Of a DNA stretch of 64,000 bases, positions 57,641 to 64,000 are shown piece by piece. Source of the DNA: Thermoproteota archaeon. GTDB taxonomy: Archaea > Thermoproteota > Thermoprotei > Gearchaeales > Gearchaeaceae. The notes under the pieces are model-generated. The model ran no database searches. It saw nothing but the letters and a program-made list of their open reading frames with translations, and had not been told where the DNA came from. How positions within the stretch are numbered: position 1 is the first letter of the stretch; each line of letters begins with the position of its first letter. Position numbers and translations under genes: made by a program. The DNA is taken from the NCBI GenBank assembly GCA_032249235.1, contig JAVVGF010000001.1:64001-128000 (forward strand), given 5' to 3'.

Positions 57641-57958
57641 ATGAAGATCATCTTTTACAAGGATATTACAATGCATGAAGCTTTAGAGATATTGGAAAAA
57701 AGGCTAGCTGAAGAAAATGTCAAAGAAAATCAAAAGAAAATGTATGATTATCTTAAAAAATTCTCGAGTTTAAGTGCAGATAAAGCGAGAGCTTTGGTTG
57801 AAAAACTTGTTACTGAATTTAATGTTCCTAGATCTGATGCTGTTCAGATGGTCAACATGATGCCAAGTAATGTTGAAGAATTGAGGAATATAATTCAAAG
57901 TGATAGATATTACACTACTGAGGAACTTCAAAAAATTTTGAAAGTTCTTAAAGAATAG
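57641..57958 (+). CDS. rpoF: RNA polymerase subunit F (Rpo4)
   Basis: YL.KF..L, AVQ.VN.MP...EELR; rpl21e-rpoF-DUF655 context. Confidence 0.9.
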   Translation: MKIIFYKDITMHEALEILEKRLAEENVKENQKKMYDYLKKFSSLSADKARALVEKLVTEFNVPRSDAVQMVNMMPSNVEELRNIIQSDRYYTTEELQKILKVLKE

Positions 57959-58585
57959 TTGATGTCTGGTTTTATTAAGAAAAGATTTTATTATGAAGAA
58001 TTCGCAATAATATTAAGCTATAATATACCACAAAAATTTATAAAAGAGAAGAGGCAACAGCTCTATTTTCCTCGATTAAAGGAAGTTTATTCACAGGCTA
58101 TAGGCAAAGATTATTATACTTTATTAGAGATTGTTTCAGATCCGACAATTGTGCTTCAAAAAGGAGAAATGGTATATATTGGCAAAGGAAGTCCTAAAGT
58201 TAAAAGAGTCAGTGCTAGATTGATTTATGATGAACTATCTGATGATGCAAAACTATTCCTCGATGAGGCTTTGAGGAGATTAGTGAAAGAGAATGAGAAA
58301 AAATTCGTAGATTTTTTCAACAATGCTGGGCCTTTGTCTCCTAGAGCACATGCTCTTGAGATGCTTCCCAGAATAGGTAAAAAGACAGTTGAGAAAATAC
58401 TCATCGAAAGAAATATAAAATTTTTCGAAAGTTATGAAGACATTAAAAAAAGAGTTGGCATATCAAATCTTGAAGATATAATTTTTGAAAGATTAAAGAT
58501 TGAAGTAACATCGAAAGAAAAACTCAATTTCTATCTATTTGCTAAAGGTGTACAAAACACAATTGAAGAGAGAACCTCTATATAA
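57959..58585 (+). CDS. DUF655 family RNA-binding protein
   Basis: QAIG..Y.TLLE, FVDFFN.A.P...R.H.LE.LP.IGKK, FES..DI..R. Confidence 0.9.
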   Translation: MMSGFIKKRFYYEEFAIILSYNIPQKFIKEKRQQLYFPRLKEVYSQAIGKDYYTLLEIVSDPTIVLQKGEMVYIGKGSPKVKRVSARLIYDELSDDAKLFLDEALRRLVKENEKKFVDFFNNAGPLSPRAHALEMLPRIGKKTVEKILIERNIKFFESYEDIKKRVGISNLEDIIFERLKIEVTSKEKLNFYLFAKGVQNTIEERTSI

Positions 58586-58666
58586 TCCTTATGCAATGTT
58601 TCATAATTTTTGTTCTCATTAAAAAGAAAAGATTTATAAAGGATTAAGAGAAGTAGCTATGTAAAA

Positions 58667-59095
58667 ATGGATAAAATAAAATTTGCACTAGCGTGTCTGG
58701 CAGTACTAGCATTGTTCATATCTTTCAGTGGGCAAGCTTTACCAATATATGGCTTATCTACAATCTTAGGTACGATAATCATCATATCTACAACATTGAT
58801 AACTACAACAATCGTCTCTACGACAATAATAAGCTCAGTATTGATGGGTAGCAATGCTACAGTTTTGTTAAGTCCTTATTTCGCAGCATATAATACAGGA
58901 ATATACATGGCTCAAATTTTAATAGCCTTAGGCACAATAGCATCTCTTATTTATATGGAGCTCACAAATCCGCATGCTGTAGGTAAAATTGGAAATAAGG
59001 CATTGGAGCTTAGAAGAGTGTTGCTTCCATTTGCAGCAATTACAGTGTTAATATTCTTTATAACGTTCATAGTAAAAGTAATTCTAGCCTTATAA
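58667..59095 (+). CDS. Hypothetical membrane protein with a Thr/Ile/Ser-rich segment
   Basis: Signal-like N-terminus, STTLITTTIVSTTIISS and two C-terminal TM helices. Confidence 0.65.
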   Translation: MDKIKFALACLAVLALFISFSGQALPIYGLSTILGTIIIISTTLITTTIVSTTIISSVLMGSNATVLLSPYFAAYNTGIYMAQILIALGTIASLIYMELTNPHAVGKIGNKALELRRVLLPFAAITVLIFFITFIVKVILAL

Positions 59096-59107
59096 TAAAT
59101 AAAATTT

Positions 59108-59497
59108 TTATTTAATTCTAGAAATAAACTTATATCCCAGTACTTCCCATACTTCTACTTCCATCCCTGCAGCGAGTTTATCTGCTAATTCTTGTGGTTT
59201 ACTTACTTCATAAAATTCGTATGTTTTCAAATCCATCAATTGAACTGTATCTTTACCAACGTTTATTACCTGTGCAAATTTTTTATCTATTATTGGGATA
59301 TTAACTTGAGCATCTGAAGGGACAGTTAATACTTTCTTAGTATTATCTATTATGCTAACCCCAACGATTCTTACTTTGGTAGAACCATGTTTTCCTGTTT
59401 TAGATTTTTCAACTTCTACAACTCTACAAGGTACATCTTCAATAACTATATATGAACCTTCTTTAATTGAACCTGCCTCAGCTATTTTTACGCTCAT
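59108..59497 (-). CDS. eif5a: Translation factor aIF5A
   Basis: KSKTGKHGS hypusine loop, VQLMD..TYE. Confidence 0.96.
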   Translation of the reverse strand: MSVKIAEAGSIKEGSYIVIEDVPCRVVEVEKSKTGKHGSTKVRIVGVSIIDNTKKVLTVPSDAQVNIPIIDKKFAQVINVGKDTVQLMDLKTYEFYEVSKPQELADKLAAGMEVEVWEVLGYKFISRIK

Positions 59498-59555
59498 ATG
59501 CTATAGATTGAATTGAAATTTATATAAATTATTTTATTTCAAATAAAAAACATAT

Positions 59556-60365
59556 TTGGGCATGCAAATAGGACTAATATCGAAAAAGGATAACAATTCA
59601 ATTTTGACTGTAAATAAATTAATAGAATTACTTAGAGGTCATACGATTTATTTTGACGAAGAATTGGCTTCTTTGCTTAATAAAAAGGAAATCATCGATT
59701 ATGCTAATCATTTGGATTTAATAATATGGGTTGGAGGCGATGGAACTTTACTAAAGTACGTCAACAAAATAAAAAAATTCGGAGCAAGCCTATTAGGTAT
59801 AAAAACGGGCGGCGTAGGTTTCTTATGCGAAATAAGTCCTGAGGAAATCGATCAATCTTTTAAACTATTATTTGAAGGAAAATATTATTTAGAGAATAGA
59901 AAATTACTAGAAATATCTCATGATAAAGAGGTATATTTTGCGTTGAATGAAGTTTTTGTATCAAATTCTGAAATAGGAAAAACTTCAAAATTTTTGGTAT
60001 TGAAAGACAGTGTAGAAATATTCAAAGGCAAATGTGATGGTATTATCGTCGCTACAAGCCTTGGCTCAACAGCTTATATAGCTAGTCGTGGAGGCCCTAT
60101 AGTAGATCCATCTTTAGATGTTTTGATTTTAGATCCTGTAAATCCTTTAAAATGGGGCTCAAGATTTATGATATTACCATTTGATTCATCGCTTGAAATA
60201 ATATCTGAAAAAGACTATAATTTGATTATAGACGGGAATATTATTAAAGCAAGTAAAAAACATGAATCAGTTAAAGTTAAGGGTTCGAATGAGCATTTTA
60301 AATTTGTTCGTTTCAGAAAAAGCTTCTATGAAAAAGTGAGAAAAAGAGTAATACTCGATGTCTGA
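59556..60365 (+). CDS. nadK: NAD kinase
   Basis: GGDGTLL, G.GFL, ALNE, DGIIVAT..GSTAY..S.GGP. Confidence 0.93.
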   Translation: MGMQIGLISKKDNNSILTVNKLIELLRGHTIYFDEELASLLNKKEIIDYANHLDLIIWVGGDGTLLKYVNKIKKFGASLLGIKTGGVGFLCEISPEEIDQSFKLLFEGKYYLENRKLLEISHDKEVYFALNEVFVSNSEIGKTSKFLVLKDSVEIFKGKCDGIIVATSLGSTAYIASRGGPIVDPSLDVLILDPVNPLKWGSRFMILPFDSSLEIISEKDYNLIIDGNIIKASKKHESVKVKGSNEHFKFVRFRKSFYEKVRKRVILDV

Positions 60366-60846
60366 AACAATCTATATTGCAGATTCAAGCTTCTTTATCG
60401 AAGATCATAATATAAAAATAGAAGAAATCCATACTACAGAGAGTGTAATTCAAGAGTTGAAAAGTCTAAAAGCCAAGTTGAAGTTTGAAGCCTTTTCTCC
60501 CTTTGTAATTTTCCATAAACCATCTGAAGAGTCGATAAATAAGATAAAAGAAATTGCTAAAAATCATGGCGAAATTTCTTTGTCTCAAGTTGATGTTGAG
60601 ATTTTGGCAATAGCTCTTGATCTTTCAAAATCTAAAAACGTAGTAATATTAAGTGATGATTATTCAATACAAAATATTTGCAAATATTTAGGTATTGAAT
60701 GTAAAGGAATATCAAAGAAAATCATTAAGAAAAAGATAAAATGGGAGTTATATTGCAAGATTTGCGGAAACAAATTACCATCTTCAGCAATTACATGTAT
60801 CTATTGCGGAAGTAAAGATGTCGCTAGAAGACCTTCATCAGATTAA
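60358..60846 (+). CDS. nob1: NOB1-family PIN endonuclease with zinc ribbon
   Basis: ADSS, V..EL, LS..D..ILA.A, SDDYSIQN, CKIC...CIYCG. Confidence 0.88.
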   Translation: MSETIYIADSSFFIEDHNIKIEEIHTTESVIQELKSLKAKLKFEAFSPFVIFHKPSEESINKIKEIAKNHGEISLSQVDVEILAIALDLSKSKNVVILSDDYSIQNICKYLGIECKGISKKIIKKKIKWELYCKICGNKLPSSAITCIYCGSKDVARRPSSD

Positions 60847-61963
60847 AGCGCCGCAATGGCTAATTCAAATATTTAGAAAATCTTTTAATGATGAATATAT
60901 TGAAGTATTGAAAAGTCTGCTAAAACCTACTTGGAAATATTATTTAAGAGTTAATTCTTTAAGAAGTGAAACCGATGAAATTATTAAATTGCTCAAAGAT
61001 GATGGTATAGTTGCTATTAAAGATGATTTAGTCGAAGATGCAGTTTATATTGAGGGATATGAAGAGCTTAATCCTCTTCTCCTCGAATCTTTAGTAATAG
61101 CTAAAATAGATGCTGCAGAGAGCACTTCTGAAGGAGCAGATCTATACAGACCAGGCACTATTTCGATTAAAAATGCTGAAAAAGGCTCCAAGGTAAGCAT
61201 CGTAACTCCTGATCTAGCAGTAGCAGCTGAAGGGATATTGATGATGGATGAGAAAGAATTCAAGAATTCCAAGAAAGGATTGGTTGTGAAAAATACTAAA
61301 CCGAAGTTCAAGAGGTCTTCTGTACATAACTTAAAAGCATTCCAACAAGGACTTATATATCCTCAATCCTATCCTTCAATTTTAACAATACATGAATTAG
61401 AACCGAAAGAAAATGAAACCATCGTTGATATGTGTGCTTCCCCTGGAGGAAAGTTATCACATATTATTCAGATGACTAAAGGTAAAGCTAAAATAATCGC
61501 ATGCGATAAATCTCATTCTAAAATTAACAAAATCAAAGATACGCTAGCACGCTTAGGTTTTCCTGAACCATTCTTATTGAAATGTGATTCAAGATACCTA
61601 GATTTAATTTTAGGTAAAGAGATAGCAGATAAAATCACACTCGATCCTTCTTGTTCAGACTTAGGTTTAAGACCTAGAATTACTTTTAATATACCTAAGA
61701 AAAATCCTAAAGACTATTCAGAGTTTCAAAAACAGTTGCTTAGGGCTGCATATAATTTACTGAAAAAAGGGGGTATTCTTTGTTATAGCGTTTGTACAGT
61801 AAGCTATGAAGAAACTTATGAAATTTACAACTATGCTATAGAGGAATTAAAAATGGAAGCTTTACCTTTAAAATTTACTGATGAAAAAGAGTCAATTCAT
61901 CTTTTCAATCCATATAAAGAAGATACTCCTGGATATGCGATTTTTAAACTTAAGAAAATTTAG
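60818..61963 (+). CDS. PUA-containing RsmB/NOP2-family RNA m5C methyltransferase (NSUN6-like)
   Basis: RVN.L, PUA region GADLYRPG, DMCASPGGK, DPSCS, YSVCT. Confidence 0.88.
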   Translation: MSLEDLHQIKAPQWLIQIFRKSFNDEYIEVLKSLLKPTWKYYLRVNSLRSETDEIIKLLKDDGIVAIKDDLVEDAVYIEGYEELNPLLLESLVIAKIDAAESTSEGADLYRPGTISIKNAEKGSKVSIVTPDLAVAAEGILMMDEKEFKNSKKGLVVKNTKPKFKRSSVHNLKAFQQGLIYPQSYPSILTIHELEPKENETIVDMCASPGGKLSHIIQMTKGKAKIIACDKSHSKINKIKDTLARLGFPEPFLLKCDSRYLDLILGKEIADKITLDPSCSDLGLRPRITFNIPKKNPKDYSEFQKQLLRAAYNLLKKGGILCYSVCTVSYEETYEIYNYAIEELKMEALPLKFTDEKESIHLFNPYKEDTPGYAIFKLKKI

Positions 61964-61998
61964 ATAAGTTTATACATTTTGTCAAAGAAGTCTTCTCA

Positions 61999-63711
61999 AT
62001 GAGTGAAAGAATTCGAGGTAATGCTTGGAAAATAAAATGGAATTCATGGAGCAAAGAAGCTTTTGAAAAAGCAAAGAGAGAAAATAAGCTAGTGCTTTTA
62101 AGCTTAGCTGGAGTTTGGTGTCATTGGTGTCATGTCATGGATGAAACAACCTATTCTGATGAAGAAATAATAAGTCTGATAAACGAAAACTTCATACCAA
62201 TAAGAGTTGATGTTGATGAAAGACCTGACATTAGCGAGAGATATAATTTTGGCGGCTTTCCTACCTTTGCATTTTTAACGCATGAAGGGGATGTAATAAC
62301 AGGAGGAACATACGTTCCTCCTGCTCAGTTCAAGGAGATAGTTAAAGAAATGATAGAATTGAACAAAAAAGGAGATATTAAAGATTTAATTGCTTCTTCA
62401 GTTTCAAAGAAAAGTGAAATAAGAAAGGCTAATCCGAATGAAAAGATCATATGGGATGTTGTTGATATACTTATATCTTATTTTGATGAAAGTTATGGTG
62501 GTTTTGGAATAGAACCTAAATTTCCTATTTCTGATGCTATACTATTCTTAGAAAACATGTATAGCATTACTAAGAAAAATGGCTTCAATGTAATGGTTAA
62601 GAAGACTCTTGAAGGTATGTTGAATGGAATTTATGATGAAATTGAAGGCGGCTTCTTTAGATATAGTGTTACAAGAGATTGGAAAAATCCTCATTATGAA
62701 AAAATGCTGGAAACAAATGCTAATTTGCTACTCTGTTATGCATATTACTATTATCTAAGCGGTGAAAGAAAATATAAAGATGTTGTTGAGAAAACTGCAA
62801 ATTATTTAATAAAAAACTTGAGAGATAAAGATACAGGATTGTTTTATAGCAGTCAAGATGCTGATGAAGTTTATTATTCATTAAATTTAGAAGAAAGAAA
62901 GAAAAGAAATCCTCCTTACATCGATAAAAACATATATTCATGTAAAAATTCTCTTTGTGCAATTTCTTTCTTGAAATCTGGAATATTATTAAACAATGAA
63001 GATTATATTAATATAGCATTAGAGGTATCAAAAAAATTATACAATGAATATTTAACCAAAGAAGGAATTTTACATTCAAAAAATTTAAATATTTCTTATT
63101 TAGATGATAATGTTTTATTTCTAGATTTATTGCTCAATCTTTATAGTTATTATTTAGATGAAGAATATCTAGAAAGGGCTAAAAATATTGCTGACATAAT
63201 AGTAAAGGAATATATCGATTCAAATGGTTTGCTCAAAGATAGAAAACCAAGCGAAGATTCTTTAGGTTTGCTAAAAGAACCCTATCATCCTCTTAATGAG
63301 AATTCTCTTGCTGCTAAAGATCTCTACATACTTGGAGAGCTTATAAGCGATGAGAATTTAAAAAAGATTTCACAAGAAATAACTTCAATTTTATCTGCAA
63401 ATTACGCAAGCTATAGCTTATTCGCTTCTTCTTTTGCAAATTCTTTATTATTTTTATTAAATCCTATTGAAATTAGACTTGTTTTCAGCAATAAGGATGT
63501 TGCTAAAAATATAATCAAAGAGAACAAGTTAATTCTCGATCCTCTTGTTTATATAAAGTATATAGATTTTAACTCTGAAGATTCAAAGCGAGAATATAAC
63601 AAAGAAGGAATCTATGTGTGTAAAGGAACGTTATGTTATCCTCCTGTTTATACTTCTGATGAACTAAACAAGCTAATGGAGAAGATCTTAAAAGAAAGTT
63701 TGAAGTTTTAA
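61999..63711 (+). CDS. DUF255/YyaL-like thioredoxin-domain protein
   Basis: WCHWCHVMD..TY, VD.DERPD, GGFG..PKFP, GGFFRYS, PHYEKML, SQDAD. Confidence 0.9.
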   Translation: MSERIRGNAWKIKWNSWSKEAFEKAKRENKLVLLSLAGVWCHWCHVMDETTYSDEEIISLINENFIPIRVDVDERPDISERYNFGGFPTFAFLTHEGDVITGGTYVPPAQFKEIVKEMIELNKKGDIKDLIASSVSKKSEIRKANPNEKIIWDVVDILISYFDESYGGFGIEPKFPISDAILFLENMYSITKKNGFNVMVKKTLEGMLNGIYDEIEGGFFRYSVTRDWKNPHYEKMLETNANLLLCYAYYYYLSGERKYKDVVEKTANYLIKNLRDKDTGLFYSSQDADEVYYSLNLEERKKRNPPYIDKNIYSCKNSLCAISFLKSGILLNNEDYINIALEVSKKLYNEYLTKEGILHSKNLNISYLDDNVLFLDLLLNLYSYYLDEEYLERAKNIADIIVKEYIDSNGLLKDRKPSEDSLGLLKEPYHPLNENSLAAKDLYILGELISDENLKKISQEITSILSANYASYSLFASSFANSLLFLLNPIEIRLVFSNKDVAKNIIKENKLILDPLVYIKYIDFNSEDSKREYNKEGIYVCKGTLCYPPVYTSDELNKLMEKILKESLKF

Positions 63712-63732
63712 TACTTAAAAATAATATTTATT

Positions 63733-64000
63733 GTGCAAGAATATAAGTGGTGGAAAAACAATTTTCCTATAATCGAGATTAAGAAAGCCAAATCTATTTT
63801 ACATGAGTTTAAAACTGTTGAACTCGTAGATTATGGACTTGCTATTAATCCTTACATCGGATGTCAACATAGATGCTTGTATTGTTATGCAACATACGAA
63901 TGGGCTCCAGATTTTTATGATAAGATATATGTGAAGGAGAATGCGGATAAAATCCTCAAAGTTGAGCTACCTTTACATGGAATTAGCACTCCCGTAATGA
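63733..64000 (+). CDS. Radical SAM protein, spore photoproduct lyase-like family (partial, runs off the window)
   Basis: Hand translation from GTG 63733 contains INPYIGCQHRCLYCYA (CxxxCxxC) and IYVKEN. Confidence 0.85.
   Translation, partial: MQEYKWWKNNFPIIEIKKAKSILHEFKTVELVDYGLAINPYIGCQHRCLYCYATYEWAPDFYDKIYVKENADKILKVELPLHGISTPVM

Overview
A 64-kb, AT-rich (roughly 30% GC by eye) and very gene-dense archaeal chromosomal segment. The short XPF, eL13, crenarchaeal-type eL15 tail and split Kae1/Bud32 point to TACK/Thermoproteota (inference). Most of it is housekeeping: ribosomal proteins, RNA polymerase subunits (D, N, E', Spt4, F), translation factors, KEOPS/Sua5, tRNA processing, mevalonate/isoprenoid genes, purine genes, Tat and SRP54, plus three tRNAs (Pro-TGG, intron-containing Met-CAT, Arg-TCG). 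The most unusual features are: (1) a split eL15 whose conserved C-terminal arm is fused onto the downstream eL13; (2) a coupled nurA-HAS-barrel-herA trio of bacterial type without mre11/rad50; (3) a split-barrel (PPOX-like) gene coupled to a split-barrel::MenA-like prenyltransferase fusion; (4) repeated in-place gene inversions inside conserved operons; (5) a geranylgeranyl-reductase-like gene broken only by four single-base losses; (6) a decayed MNT-HEPN pair and an IS200/IS605-like right-end remnant. No CRISPR array, rRNA or intact transposase was seen. All family assignments come from motif recognition by eye; no searches were run.
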